Assembly: GCA_964016885.1 (NCBI GenBank)
Contig: OZ024765.1
Location: 15,128,001-15,192,000, forward strand
Origin: Eledone cirrhosa
Taxonomy: Eukaryota
DNA: 64,000 nucleotides
Direction of reading: 5' to 3'
Shown: one piece after another, positions 42,310 through 55,909 of the stretch
Layout: each line of letters starts with the position of its first letter
Position numbering within the stretch: the first letter of the stretch is position 1
Made by a program: the position numbers and the translations under genes
The notes under the pieces: generated by a model
Told to the model about the DNA's origin: nothing
The model's database searches: none
The model's input: the letters and a program-made list of their open reading frames with translations, nothing else

Positions 42310-42490
42310 TAATTGTTTCTACCTTTGGCACAAGGCCAGCAACTAATCCAGTGCATTACTGGTACTTTATTTTATCGACCCCGTAAGGATGAAAGGCAAA
42401 GTTAACCTCGGCGGGATTTGAACTCAGACCATAAAGGGCCGTAACTCTTTGCTGCAAAGCATGGCGTCCGACCCTCTACCGATTTGCCAT
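42310..42490 (-). mobile_element. SINE A
   Basis: Family consensus. Confidence 0.85.
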
Positions 42491-42507
42491 ATATGACCGA
42501 ATGGGAA

Positions 42508-44340
42508 GTCACGTGGTTTTGTGGTTAATGTACTCGGCTCACAATCATAAGGTCATGTGTTCGATTTCTGACGACACTGAGTCCTTGAGCAAGACACTTT
42601 ATTTCACGTTGCTCCAGTTACTGTGTCATTGAGCAAGACACTTTATTTCACGTTGCTCCAGTTGACTGTGTCCTTGAGCAAGACACTTTATTTCACGTTG
42701 CTCCAGTTGACTGTGTCCTTGAGCAAGACACTTTATTTCACGTTGCTGGAGTTGACTGTGTCCTTGAGCAAGACACTTTATTTCACGTTGCTCCAGTCCA
42801 CTGTGTCCTTGAGCAAGACACTTTATTTTACGTTGCTCCAGTTGACTGTGTCCTTGAGCAAGACACGTTATTTCACGTTGCTCCAGTCCACTGTGTCTTT
42901 GAGCAAGACACTTTATTTCACGTTGCTCCAGTTGACTGTGTCCTTGAGCAAGACACTTTATTTCACGTTGCTCCAGTTGACTGTGTCCTTGAGCAAGACA
43001 CTTTATTTCACGTTGCTGGAGTTGACTGTGTCCTTGAGCAAGACACTTTATTTCACGTTGCTCCAGTCCACTGTGTCCTTGAGCAAGACAGTTTATTTCA
43101 CGTTGCTCCAGTTGACTGTGTCCTTGAGCAAGACACTTTATTTCACGTTGCTCCAGTCCACTGTGTCTTTGAGCAAGACACTTTATTTCACGTTGCTCCA
43201 GTTGACTGTGTCCTTGAGCAAGACACTTTATTTCACGTTGCTCCAGTTGACTGTGTCCTTGAGCAAGACACTTTATTTCACGTTGCTCCAGTTGACTGTG
43301 TCCTTGAGCAAGACACTTTATTTCACGTTGCTCCAGTCCACTGTCCTTGAGCAAGACACTTTATTTCACGTTGCTCCAGTCCACTGTGTCCTTGAGCAAA
43401 ACTTTCTTTCACGTTGCTCCAGTCTACTGTGTCCTTGAGCAAGACACTTTATTTCATGTTGCTCCAGTCCACTGTGTCCTTGAGCAAGACACTTTATTTC
43501 ACGTTGCTCCAGTCCACTGTGTCCTTGAGCAAGACACTTTATTTCATGTTGCTCCAGTCCACTGTGTCCTTGAGCAAGACACTTTATTTCATGTTGCTCC
43601 AGTCCACTGTGTCCTTGAGCAAGACACTTTATTTCACGTTGCTCCAGTCCACTGTGTCCTTGAGCAAGACACTTTATTTCATGTTGCTCCAGTCCACTGT
43701 GTCCTTGAGCAAGACTTTATTCCACGTTGCTCCAGTCCACTGTGTCATTGAGCAAGACAGTTTATTTCACGTTGTTCCAGTCCACTGTGTCCTTGAGCAA
43801 GACACTTTTTTTCACGTTGCTCCAGTCCACAGTGTCCTTGAGCAAGACATTATTTCACGTTGCTCCAGTCCACTGTGTCCTTGAGCAAGACACTTTATTT
43901 CACGTTGCTCCAGTCCACTGTCCTTGAGCAAGACACTTTATTTCACGTTGCTCCAGTCCACTGTGTCCTTGAGCAAGACACTTTATTTCACGTTGCTCCA
44001 GTCTACTGTGTCCTTGAGACAGACATTATTTCACGTTGCTCCAGTCCACTGTGTCCTTGAGCAAGACATTATTTCACGTTGCTCCAGTCCACCGTGTCCT
44101 TGAGCAAGAAAATGTATTTCACGTTGCTCCAGTCCACTCAGCTGGCAAAAATGAATTGTACCTGTAATTCGAAGGGCCAGCCATGTCATATTCTACGTCA
44201 CACTGAATCTCCCTGAGAACTACGTTATGGGTAAGTGTTCTGTGGAGTGCTCAGCCACTTGCACGTTAATTTCCCCAAAAGGTTGTTCCGTCGATTGGAT
44301 CAACTGGAACACTCGTCGTCGCAACCGACGAAGTGCCGCT
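42508..44340 (+). mobile_element. SINE B whose core is expanded into a 39-bp minisatellite (~40 copies, 42577-44137)
   Basis: tRNA-like head, then unit ctgtgtccttgagcaagacactttatttcacgttgctccagt.., then SINE continuation ccactcagctggcaaaaatgaattgtacctgta. Confidence 0.85.
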
Positions 44341-44445
44341 ATGTGACTGAATAGGAACATAAAGTGTCTGTAGCGGAGATGTGTGATCAAGGAGGATAAC
44401 TCATGCTTGCCGAAGGTCTCGATCTTAGAGTGCCAGCCGCTATAA

Positions 44446-45512
44446 TAGGCATGTCAAACAGAGGGTCACCCGAGGGCCACATGGGTCACATATATGTCGT
44501 CTGAGGGCCACATGGGTCACATATTTGTTGTCTGAGGGCCACATGTGTGTTGTCTGAGGGCCACATATGTGTTGTCTGAGGGTCACATGGGTTACATGTG
44601 TGTTGTCTGAGGGCCACATGGGTCACATATGTGTTGCCTGAGGGCCACATGGCTCACATATGTGTTGTCTGAGGGCCACATGGGTTACATGTGTGTTGTC
44701 TGAGGGCCACATGAGTCACATATGTGTTGTCTGAGGGCCACATGGCTCACATATGTGTTGTCTGAGGGCTACATGGGGCACATATGTGTTGACTAAGGGC
44801 CACATGGGTCACAGATGTGTCGTCTGAGGGCCACATGGGTCACATATTTGTTTTCTGAGGGCCACATGTGTGTTGTCTGAGGACCACATACGTGTTGTCT
44901 GAGGGCCACATGGGTCACATATGTGTCGTCTGAGGGCCACATGGGTCACATATGTGTTGTCTGAGGGCCACATGTGTGTTGTCTGAGGGCCAGATGGGTG
45001 ACATATGTGTCGTCTGAGGGCCACATGGGTCACATATTTGTTGTCTGAGGGCCATATGTGTGTTGTCTGAGGGCCACATATGTGTTGTCTGAGGACCACA
45101 TGGGTCACACGTGTTGTCTGAGGGCCACATGGGTCACATGTGTGTTGTCTGAGGGCCACATGGGTCACATATGTGTTGTCTGAGGGCCACATGGGTCACA
45201 TATGTGTTGTCTGAGGGCCACATGGGTCACATATGTGTTGTCTGAGGGCCACATGTGTGTTGTCTGAGGGCCACATATGTGTTGTCTGAGGGCCACATGG
45301 GTCATATATGTGTTGTCTGAGGGCCACATGGGTCACATGTGTTGTCTGAGGGCCACATGGGTCACATATGTGTTGTCTGAGGGCCACCCACACACGACAA
45401 CTAATTGCGCACATTACAACGAACTTTACGAAGATAAAACAAGGTGGCGCGGTAAAAACCGTTGTGCGAGCCACAGGTGTGCTTGTAAATGGTCGCATGT
45501 TTGCCATGCCCG
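44446..45512. mobile_element. hAT-type MITE with subterminal motif expanded into a 20/31-bp minisatellite
   Basis: TIRs taggcatgtcaaac / gtttgccatgcccg; 8-bp TSD cgctataa (44438) / ctctataa (45513); internal gagggccacatgggtcacatatgtgttgtct repeats. Confidence 0.75.
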
Positions 45513-45520
45513 CTCTATAA

Positions 45521-46460
45521 GATAGATGCGGTGGACAGTGTGACCAAGGAGGGTAACTCTTCCTTGTCGAAGGTCTCGATCTTAGCGTGCCAGCCGCTAT
45601 AAGATGGATGTGGTAGAGATATGTGACCAGGGAAGATAACTCTTCCTTGTTGAAGGTCTCGATCTTAGCGTGCCAGCCGCTATAATATGGATGTGGTAGG
45701 GATATGTGACAAAGGGAAGATAACTCTTCCTTGTTGAAGGTCTCGATCTTAGCGTGCCAGCAGCGATAAGATGGATGTGGTAGGGATATGTGACCAAGGA
45801 GAGTAACTCTTCCTTGTCGAAGGTCTCGATCTTAGCGTGCCAGCAGCGATACGATGGATGTGGTAGGGATATGTGACAAAGGGAAGATAACTCTTCCTTG
45901 TCGAAGGTCTCGATCTTAGCGTGCCAGCAGCCATAAGATGGATGTGGTAGGGATATGTGACCAGGGAAGATAACTCTTCCTTGTCGAAGGTCTCGATCTT
46001 AGGGTGCCAGCCGCTATAAGATGGATGTGGTAGGGATATGTGACCAGGGAAGATAACTCATCCTTGTCGAAGGTCTCGATCTTAGGGTGCCAGCCGCTAT
46101 AAGATGGATGTGGTAGGGATATGTCACCAGGGAAGATAACTCTTCTTTGTCGAAGGTCTCGATCTTAACGTGCCAGCAGCTATAAGATGGATGTGGTAGA
46201 GATATGTGACCAACGAAGATAACTCATCCTTGTCGAAGGTCTAGATCTTAGGGTGCCAGCCGCTATAAGATGGATGTGGTAGAGATATGTGACCAAGGAA
46301 GATAACTCTAAATGTTTCGATTTTAGAGTGAAATTTGCTGAAACACTTTGCCAATATATAGCCGAGTGGGAAAATAACAAGGATGTGTTGAAGATATGAG
46401 ACCAAGGAGGTGAACTGTTCCCTGTCTAGGATTCGAACTAAGAGCCACATCTGCTGATAC
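45521..46460. repeat. 83-84-bp satellite; displaced units also at 42233-42310 and 44375-44445
   Basis: Unit gatggatgtggtagggatatgtgaccagggaagataactcttccttgtcgaaggtctcgatcttagcgtgccagccgctataa. Confidence 0.9.
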
Positions 46461-46633
46461 GACCTCATGTGGAACGGTATGTTAAGAATTTTTAATATAT
46501 TTCGTTATGATAAAAAAAATATTTTAAAAGAGGATTTTCTGACAGCGTATGTTAAAATCGCGTAAAATGAAAGTCATATGTGTGTGTATACACACATATA
46601 TATATATACATAAACACACACACACGCACATAT

Positions 46634-46680
<47 letters not shown>

Positions 46681-47694
46681 CAGACACACACATATATATA
46701 TATACACACACATATATATATATATACACACACACATATATATATATATATACATACACACATATATACAGACACTCATATATATATATATACACACACA
46801 TATATATATATACACACACATATATATATATATATATACATACACACACATATATACACACACACGCACACACACATATATACACACACACGCACACACA
46901 CATATATATATATATATATACACACACATATATATACACACACATACACATATATATATATACACACATACACACACATATATATATATACACACACATA
47001 CACACACATATATATATATGTATATACACACACACACACACGTATATGTGAGTGTATATGTTATGTTAGGACACACGGACATTCAAATTGTATATTCATA
47101 AATATGTAGGGGGTTCCACACACACACACACACACACATACATACATATACACACACAAGCACACACACACACACACACAATGCAATAATTCGATCAGAG
47201 AATTCATATGCAAAACTGATTCCTATTCGATGAACAGACCGCTATTTAATATTCTGTCGCCATGGTAACTATTACTAATAGGGGAGCAATAAAACCAGCA
47301 ACAGTGGTAACAACAACAACAGCAACAATAACAACAGCAACAAAATAGCAGCAATAACTGCAACAATAAATATGACCCCAACCCTTCAACTCTTAAAAAA
47401 TAACAACAAGAAATACTGAACAAACAAAGCAAAACTATAACAACGACCTGTTAGTGTTCTAAGCTTGTAATCACATATAAATAGCCTGGATACATTGTAT
47501 CTTGTACTCCTAGATACATTATGCCAGAAGAATTGGCCACCAGGGTTTTGAGACTGGAACCGTTTTCTGTATAACTCTGTTGGTTAAGTAGAGTTTACTT
47601 TGTGTTAATATGCAATAACCTGTCCATATATAAATACCCATGATACAATGTATCATGTACTCCAAGATACATTATGCTTGCAGAATAAGCTACG

Positions 47695-47870
47695 ATTTCA
47701 ATACCAGAATCTCTGGAGATCACATCGGGATAGGAGAGCTTGCATCCTCTGTTATTAGTGACTGCTTGTCGTTTCCATGAAGACGCAGCCCAGAGGTGGC
47801 ACAATTGCAATGGCTAGCAAATCGGGATAGGAGAGCTTGCTTCCCTGTTTTTAGTGACTGCTTGTGGTTT
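47695..47870 (-). mobile_element. Possible LINE C-terminal remnant with internal duplication
   Basis: W...RGCKLSYPDVISRDSGI; atcgggataggagagcttgc occurs twice. Confidence 0.35.
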
Positions 47871-47879
47871 ACAAAGCAC

Positions 47880-48150
47880 GGGTTCGATAAAATAAAGTAC
47901 CAGTAATCAACTGATGTAATTGCTGGCCTTGTGCAAAAATAAAATTTGAAACAATTATTTCAATATGGTAGATTCGCAGTATCGGTAGAGGATGTGACGC
48001 CATGCTTTGCAGCATAGAGTTACTTCCCTTTACAGTCTGAGTTCTAAATCCGCCGAGGTTAACTTTGCCATTCATCCTTACGGGGTCGATAAAATAAAGT
48101 ACCAGTAATGAACTGAGATAATTGTTGGCCTTGTGCCAAAAGTAGATACA
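47880..48150 (+). mobile_element. SINE A fragment plus full copy
   Basis: Family consensus. Confidence 0.8.
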
Positions 48151-48235
48151 ATTATTTTAATATGGTTTATGTATGTGTACATATTTCTCTGTGTTCGATT
48201 ACTTCATTTGAAATAATCAATATTAATTGATTGAT

Positions 48236-48330
48236 TGCTATGGTAATGTATCCCGCCACAACATCTTGTCTGAAACTATCCTTCAGGGTACAGTCGAGGG
48301 AGGGCAAAGAAGAGGCAGACGAAGAGTCCA
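48236..48330 (+). mobile_element. RTE-like LINE C-terminal remnant
   Basis: YGNVSRHNILSETILQGTVEGGQRRGR resembles the (W)YGHV.R...K.ILQG.VEG.RRRGR tail. Confidence 0.65.
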
Positions 48331-48439
48331 ACAACATTCATCGAGTGGACTGCTCGCAATAGAGAAACCACAAAGACTTATCTATTCTGTCAGCCGGAGC
48401 CACGGGGCGGTCAGGCCGTGGGCCCCCAATTGCTCGCAA

Positions 48440-48650
48440 TAATGGGTTTTTTATATAGGCAGAAGGCCATCCATTTTGGGGGGGAAAGTCGATTAAATCG
48501 ACCACAGTGCGTGACCGGTACTTTATTTTATCGACCCCGTAAGGATGAATGGCAAAGTTAACCTCGGTGGGACTTGAACCCAGATCATAAAGGGCCGTAA
48601 CTCTATGCTGCAAAGCATGGCCTCCGACTCTCTACCGATACTGCCAATCC
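48440..48650 (-). mobile_element. SINE A (long-tail variant)
   Basis: Family consensus with ggggggaaagtcgattaaatcgacc segment. Confidence 0.8.
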
Positions 48651-48894
48651 ACCGCTCCATTTGCTCACAATGATGAGAGATGGGGAGAGAGCGAGACAGA
48701 GGGAGGCTGTGACATAGGGAGTTTGGTTCCTTTGTGTTCGGACCTGGTGTATATACATGTTTCACGGATACACACTGACTCTAGTAGATTCTAGTAAAAT
48801 ACATCCTCATCATCATCATTATCATCATCATTATCCCCGAGATGGTGGTATGTTCTCAGATGAGGGTGTCGACAATGAGATTTGTATGGCTTAT

Positions 48895-50525
48895 GAGATG
48901 ATGGTATGGCCGCTGGGGATAGTACAACCACTGAGAGGGTGGTATGAATTCTGAATTGATGGTTTGACCTCTGGGAAAAAAAATGTTAAGGCTTCTCAAA
49001 TGATGGTATTGCTTGTGAAATAATGGTATGACCTCTGAGAGGATGATACAGCCTCTCAATTGATGGTATCGCCTCTGAGAGAGTGATACAGCCTCTCAAT
49101 TGATGGTATGACCACCGAGAGAATGATAGAGCCACCGAATTAATGGTATGACAACTCATATTATGATACCACCTCTGAAATAATGGTATAACCACAAAGA
49201 CAATGCTATTACCTTTCAGATGGTATGACCACTGAGAGAATGGTACAATCTCTGAAATAATGGTATAACCACTGAGAGAATGATAGACCTTCTGATAGAA
49301 TGGTATGGCCACTGAGAGAATGATACCGCCTCTGAAATAATGGTATGACCACAGAGAATGATACCACCTCTGAAATAATGGTATGACCTCAGAGAATGAT
49401 ACCGCCTCTTAAATAATGGTATGGCCACTGAGAGTATTATACCACATTGGAAATAATGGTATGACCACTGATAGAATGACAGAGGTTCTCAAAGGATGGT
49501 ATGACCACGGAGAGAATGGTATGCCCAATGAGAGAATGATACCACCTTGGAAATAATGGTATGACCACTGATAGAATGACAGAGCTTCTCAAAGGATGGT
49601 ATGACCAGGGAGAGAATGGTATGGCCACAGAGTATGATACCACATTGGAAATAATGGTATGGCCACTGATAGAAAGACAGAGCTTCTCAAAGGATGGTAT
49701 CACCGACCACGGAGAGAATGGTATGGCCACTGAGAGAATAATACCACATTGGAAATAATGGTATGACCACTGATAGACTGATAGAGCTTCTCAAAGGATG
49801 GTATGACTGACCACTGAGGGAATGGTATAGCCACTGGGAGAATGATACCACATTGGAAATAATGGTATGACCACTGAGAGAATGACAGAGGTTCTCAAAA
49901 GATGGTATGACCGACCACGGAGAGAATGGTATGGCCACGGAGAGAATGGTATGGCCAGTGAGAGAATAATACCACATTGGGAATAATGGTATGACCGACC
50001 ACTGATAGAATGACAGAGCTTCTCAAAGGATGGTATAACCACGGAGAGAATGGTATGGCCACTGAGAGTATGATACCACATTGGAAATAATGGTATGACC
50101 ACTGAGAGAATGACAGAGCTTCTCAAAGGATGGTATGACTACGGAGAGAATGGTATGGCCACAGATGATGATGTCACATTAGAAATAATGGTATGACCAC
50201 TGATAGAATCACAGAGGTTCTCAAAGGATGGTATGACCGACCACTGAGGGAATGGTATGGCCACTGGGAGAATGATACCACACTGGAAATAATGGTTTGA
50301 CCACTGATAGATTGACAGAGCTTCTCAAAGGATGGTTTGACCACTGAGAGAATGACATAGCTTCTCAAAGGATGGTATGACCGACCACGGAGAAAACGGT
50401 ATGGCCACTGGGAGAATGATACCAACTACTGAAATAATGGAATGAGCAGGGAGAGAATGATACCACCTCTGAAATAATGGTACGACCACTGAGAGAATGT
50501 CGTTATGTCGTTACCTTTCAGATGG
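48895..50525. repeat. Complex minisatellite of ~20-bp submotifs (tggtatgaccactgagagaa; tgataccacattggaaataa)
   Basis: Direct inspection. Confidence 0.85.
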
Positions 50526-50904
50526 TAGTCTGTACGCTGACAACACACTACAGCCATTCACATTACATTACCTCCTCCCACTTCTCCTTCACTTTCCTCC
50601 TCTAAATAAATATATTTATGGTCAGCGCCGATAATTTTATTCCGAGTAGAATTGTAATCACTTCAATCCCGTGACAACGGAACTGGTCAGTATTCACTCT
50701 TTCACTGTTCAATATTCATCGACTTTTCAACTATGGAATTCGCTATTCCATTCCATATGATAAACATCCTTAGGTTTGGCTCCTAATCTAATATAGAATT
50801 CTATCTAGAGAGAGAGAAAGAGGGAGGTGAAAGAGGGAGGAGAGAGAGCGGGAGAGAGCGAGAGCGGGATGAAGATTAACAATGTGATAGAAAAGAGTAA
50901 TTGG

Positions 50905-52195
50905 GTTTGTGAGAGGGAGAGGCGGAGAGAGAGGAGAGAGTTGGAAAGAGAGAGAGAGAGTGTGTGTTTGTGAGAGGCGGAGAGAGAGGAGAGAGATAGA
51001 AAGAGAGAGTGTGTGTATGTGTTTGTGAGAGGCGGAGAGAGAGGAGAGAGATAGAAAGAGAGAGTGTGTATGTGTTTGTGAGAGGCGGAGAGAGAGGAGA
51101 GAGTGAGTGTGTATGTGTTTGTGAGAGGCGGAGAGAGAGGAGAGAGATGGAAAGAAAGAGAGAGAGTGTGTATGCGTTTGTGAGAGGAGAGAGATGGAAA
51201 GAGAGAGAGAGTGTGTATGTGTTTGTGATAGGCGGAGAGAGAGGAGAGAGATGGAATGAGAGAGTGTGTATGTGTTTGTGAGAGGCGGAGAGAGAGGAGA
51301 TGGAAAGAGAGAGAGTGTGTATGTGTTTGTGAGAGGGGGAGAGAGGAGAGAGATGGAAAGAGAGAGAGAGAGTATGTGTTTGTGAGAGGCGGAGAGAGAG
51401 GAGAGAGATGGAAAGAGAGAGAGAGAGTGTATGTGTGTGTGAGAGGCGGAGAGAGAGGAGAGATGGAAAGAGAGAGAGAGTGTGTATGTGTTTGTGAGAG
51501 GAGGAGAGAGAGGAGAGAGATGGAAAGAGAGAGAGTGTGTATGTGTTTGTGAGAGGCGGAGAGAGAGGAGAGAGATGGAAAGAGAGAGAGAGTGTGTATG
51601 TATTTGTGAGAGGCGGAGAGAGAGGAGAGAGATAGAAAGAGAGAGTGTGTATGTGTTTGTAAGAGGCAGAGAGAGAGGAGTGAGATGGAAAGAGAGAGAG
51701 AGTGTGTATGTGTTTGTGAGAGAGGGGAGAGAGATGGAAAGAGAGAGAGTGTGTATGTGTTTGTAAGAGGCAGAGAGAGAGGATAGAGATGGAAAGAGAG
51801 AGAGAGTGTATGTGTTTGTGAGAGGCGGGGAGAGAGGAGAGATGGAAAGAGAGAGAGTATGTATGTGTTTGTGAGAGGCGGAGAGAGAGGAGAGAGATGG
51901 AAAGAGAGAGAGTGTGTATGTGTTTGTGAGAGGCGGAGAGAGAGGAGAGATGGAAAGAGAGAGAGAGTGTGTATGTGTTTGTGAGAGGCGGATAGAGAGG
52001 AGAGAGATGGAAATAGAGAGAGTATGTATGTGTTTGTGAGAGGCGGAGAGAGAGGAGAAAGAGGAGAGAGATGGAAATAGAGAGAGTATGTATGTGTTTG
52101 TGAGAGGCGGAGAGAGAGGAGAGAGAGGAGAGAGATGGAAAGAGAGAGTGTGTATGTGTTTGTGAGAGGCGGAGAGAGAGGAGAAAGATGGAAAG
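50905..52195. repeat. ~55-bp GA-rich minisatellite
   Basis: Unit gtgtgtatgtgtttgtgagaggcggagagagaggagagagatggaaagagagaga; source of 477/512-aa spurious ORFs. Confidence 0.9.
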
Positions 52196-52570
52196 ATATA
52201 TATATATATATATATATACATATATAGAAAGATAGAGAGATGGAAAGAGTGAGAATAACAATGTGAAAGATTGAGTGTGTGTGTGAGAGAGAGAGAGAGA
52301 GATAGGTGGAGGAAGAAAGAGAGGGTTAGAGAGAGAGGGACACAGGAACAGAGAGAGAGAGAGAGACCTTATGTATTTATGTACAAATGAATTCTTGCAC
52401 ACACCTTCACACACACTGAAACAGACAGAGAGGTGCCCATGTATACACGACTATATATGTATGTATATATACATCTATGTATACAAAACATACATATACT
52501 TACGCCCACAAATATATATATATATATATACGATATTAATAAATGGAAACTATATTTATAAAACCCTATT

Positions 52571-52635
52571 TATTTCATTATACATATTTCAGGGATACCA
52601 CATTAAATTATGGTATGCCTTCATCAGACAAAATA
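52571..52635 (-). ncRNA. Hammerhead ribozyme (inverted copy)
   Basis: Reverse complement of 52716-52780. Confidence 0.8.
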
Positions 52636-52715
52636 CAATATATAACAGTTTTACAAATAGCTTTGACGTACCCCTTTAAAATGAAACTATTACTTTTGGA
52701 GGCTGTTATATATTG

Positions 52716-52780
52716 TATTTTGTCTGATGAAGGCATACCATAATTTAATGTGGTATCCCTGAAATATGTATAATGAAATA
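52716..52780 (+). ncRNA. Hammerhead ribozyme, canonical core; predicted cleavage after 52772
   Basis: uauuuugu CUGAUGA AGG.AUACCA...UGGUAU.CCU GAAAU AUGU AUA augaaaua; AATAAA overlaps the end. Confidence 0.8.
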
Positions 52781-52908
52781 AATATGGTTTTATAAATATA
52801 GTTTCCATTTATTAATATCGTATATCTACTCCAAAAACTTGTCGAGTGCTTTATATCAGTTATAAAAATATTTACTTGTTGTATCCCAACAACTTTAAAT
52901 AGAACTTT

Positions 52909-52959
<51 letters not shown>

Positions 52960-52969
52960 CTTTTCAATA

Positions 52970-53150
52970 TAATTGTCTCTACTTTTGGCACAAGGCCAGT
53001 AATTATCTCAGTGCATTACTGGTACTTTATTTTATCGACCCCGTAAGGATGAAAGGTAAAGTCAACCTCGGCGGGATTTGAACTCAGATCGTAAAGGGAC
53101 GTAACTATGCTGGAAAGCATGGTGTCCGACCCTCTACCGACACTGCCCAT
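52970..53150 (-). mobile_element. SINE A
   Basis: Family consensus. Confidence 0.85.
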
Positions 53151-53286
53151 CCGCCGCCCTTCAATATAATATAATGCACTCGGTATAGCTCTCCACCTCG
53201 ACAATGAAGTCAACCTAAACATCGAGTGCTCACCCGGGTTAACCTGCAGTAACTCCAAGTTAAACTCCCTAGATATATATATATAT

Positions 53287-53328
<42 letters not shown>

Positions 53329-53349
53329 GTAACTATATGAGTTAATAAC

Positions 53350-53407
<58 letters not shown>

Positions 53408-53553
53408 ATACTTTGGGAGGGTCATGTTGCCAATAAGAAACACACGCACCAGCGGTTTTCACTTCAATTTATTATAATAAATTTATACATTTACGAATTT
53501 ATGAATTTCCGGTTGGTTGGTTGGTTCCACAACCAGATGGTTGTTTATATATT

Positions 53554-53596
53554 GTCAAAGTTATTTCGTCACACATTCTGATACCTCTTCAGTGAC
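53554..53596 (-). ncRNA. Hammerhead motif in PLE 3' UTR remnant (53404-53677)
   Basis: guca CUGAAGA GGUAUCAGAAUGUGUGAC GAAAU AA CUU ugac; terminus homologous to 34320-34341. Confidence 0.6.
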
Positions 53597-53674
53597 TGGG
53601 GTTCTTTTCTTTGTTTTTTGTGCCTCTCCTTTGTTCTGTCCTACGCCATCTTGTTTTTGTGTGTGTTTTGTGTG

Positions 53675-53718
<44 letters not shown>

Positions 53719-53847
53719 GAGGTTATATTTAAATTGTTGGGATACAACAAGCAAATATTTTTATAACTAATATAAAGCACTCAACAAATTATTGGAGTAA
53801 ATATACAATATATTAACAGACGGAAACTATATTTATAAAACCATATT

Positions 53848-53913
53848 TATTTCATTATACATATTTCAAGAGCCACCAGAGCAAACTATGGTGCGCTTTC
53901 ATCAGATAAAATA
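53848..53913 (-). ncRNA. Hammerhead ribozyme (52716 family)
   Basis: uauuuuau CUGAUGA AAG.GCACCA...UGGUGGCUCUU GAAAU AUGU AUA augaaaua. Confidence 0.75.
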
Positions 53914-54093
53914 TAATATAGGTTTGTTTTATAAATAAATATTGACATACCCTTACAAAAAATGCAACCATTCTGGTTTTAATCTCTTGGATAGTGGAGT
54001 TATTAGATTTATTGTTGGTTTGAAATAAATATGGTTTTATAAATATAGTTTTATAAATATAGTTTTATAAATATAGTTTCCATTTGTTAATAT

Positions 54094-54141
<48 letters not shown>

Positions 54142-54367
54142 CATATTAATATGTATATATATATATGCATACATACAGACACATAGCATATATAGACACA
54201 CACACACACGTACTATATATATATACGTGGCACATGTATATTTAATATAATTGAGTCCGTATGTCAGGACAACAAGACTGTCATTTGCACAGAGGCCTCC
54301 GAGGTCTATATATATGAAAACGTATTTATATTTATATATCAACATATATAATTACATATATATATAC

Positions 54368-54665
54368 ACTCTCTCTCTCTCTCTCTCTCTCTCTCATTCT
54401 CTCTATCTATCTAACTTTCTCTCTATCTCGCTCTTTCTCTCTCTCCATATCACTCTCTCTCTCTCTATCTCTCTCTCTTATTCTCTCTCTATCTAACTAA
54501 CTCTCTCTCTCTCTCTCTCTCTCTCTTATTCTCTCTCTATCTATCTAACTCTCTATCTCGCTCTTTCTCTCTCTCTCTATCTCGCTCTCCCTCTCACTCC
54601 CTCTTTATCTCTATCACTCTCTCATTCTCTCTCTCTCTATCTAACTTTCTCTCTATCTCGCTCTC

Positions 54666-54704
<39 letters not shown>

Positions 54705-54856
54705 CTCTCGCTCTATCTATCTAACTTTCTATCTCGCTCTCTCTCTATCTCGCTCTCCCTCCCTCTCTCTCCCTCTTTATCTCTATCACTCTCTCATTCT
54801 CTCTCTCTATCTAACTTTCTCTCTATCTCGCTCTCCCTCTCTCTCCATATCACACT

Positions 54857-54901
<45 letters not shown>

Positions 54902-54994
54902 ACTTTCTCTCTCTCTCGCTCTCCCTCTCTTTCTCTCTCTCTCTCTCTCATTCTCACTCTCTCCCTCTCATTTATATGTATATGTGTGTGTGTG

Positions 54995-55028
<34 letters not shown>

Positions 55029-55546
55029 CACACATTCACACATATATATGATATGCAAATAGATATAAGAATTGTTTCTACTTGTTGGCACAAGGCCAGC
55101 AATTACCCCAGTACATTACTGGTACTGTATTTTATCGACCCCGTAAGGATGAAAGCCAAAGTGAACCTCGGCGGGATTTGAACTAAGATTGGAAAGGTTA
55201 CGTATATCCACACACACACACACACCCACCCACACTCATACACGTATACATATAAATGAGAGGGAGAGAGAAAATGAGAGAGAATGAGACAGAGAGAGCG
55301 AAATAGAGAGAAAGTTAGATAGAGAGAGAGAATGGGAGAGAGAGAGAGAGAGAGAGAGAATGAGTGAGTGATGGAGAGAGAGGGAGAGCGAACTAGAGAG
55401 AGAGAATGAGATAGAGAGAGAGAGAGCGAGATAGAGAGAGCGAGATAGAGAGAAAGTTAGATAGATAGAGAGATAGATTGAGAGAGAGAAAGAGACAGAA
55501 TGAGAGAGAATGAGAGAGAGAGAGAGAGAGAGAGATTGAGTGAGTG

Positions 55547-55577
<31 letters not shown>

Positions 55578-55735
55578 GAGAGAGAGAGGGAGAGCGAAAT
55601 AGAGAGATAATGAGATAGAGAGAGAGCGAGATAGAGAGAACGTTAGATAGATAGAGAGAGAGAGAGAATGAGAGAGAGAGAGACAGAATGAGAGAGGGAG
55701 AGAAAGAAAGAGAGAATGGGTGAGAGTAAGAAAGA
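54368..55735. repeat. (CT)n and (GA)n degenerate tracts in inverted arrangement around a SINE A fragment (55070-55190)
   Basis: ctatctaactttctctctatctcgctct on left; agcgagatagagagaaagttagatag on right. Confidence 0.7.
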
Positions 55736-55909
55736 CGGAATATTAAGGAAATAATCAACCCCAGTACAAGACTGGTACTTTTTCTATCGACAAGAATACC
55801 ATGAATCATTTTATCTAACATGGAACAGATTAGGTAGTGTAGTCCTCGGTAAACTGTGGCTAGGACATCTTTGATGGTAGGTCTTCCGGCTTGGAGGCAA
55901 CTACACTTA

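Larger units (their letters stand above)
52528..52912. mobile_element. PLE pLTR-like cassette with ~120-bp near-perfect inverted repeat (52528-52648 / 52703-52823)
   Basis: Mirror ORFs 52543+ and 52608- share 35 aa; family copies at 53720-54100 and 59150-59512. Confidence 0.8.

Noticed and set aside
42577-44137. 39-bp repeats as a CRISPR array or repeat protein (LSKTLYFTLLQ)n
   Set aside because: No unique spacers, no cas genes, eukaryotic context; unit is a SINE core
45521-46460. 84-bp period suggesting a C2H2 zinc-finger array
   Set aside because: The frames examined show no C-x2-C..H-x3-H or TGEKP; unit length varies 83/84
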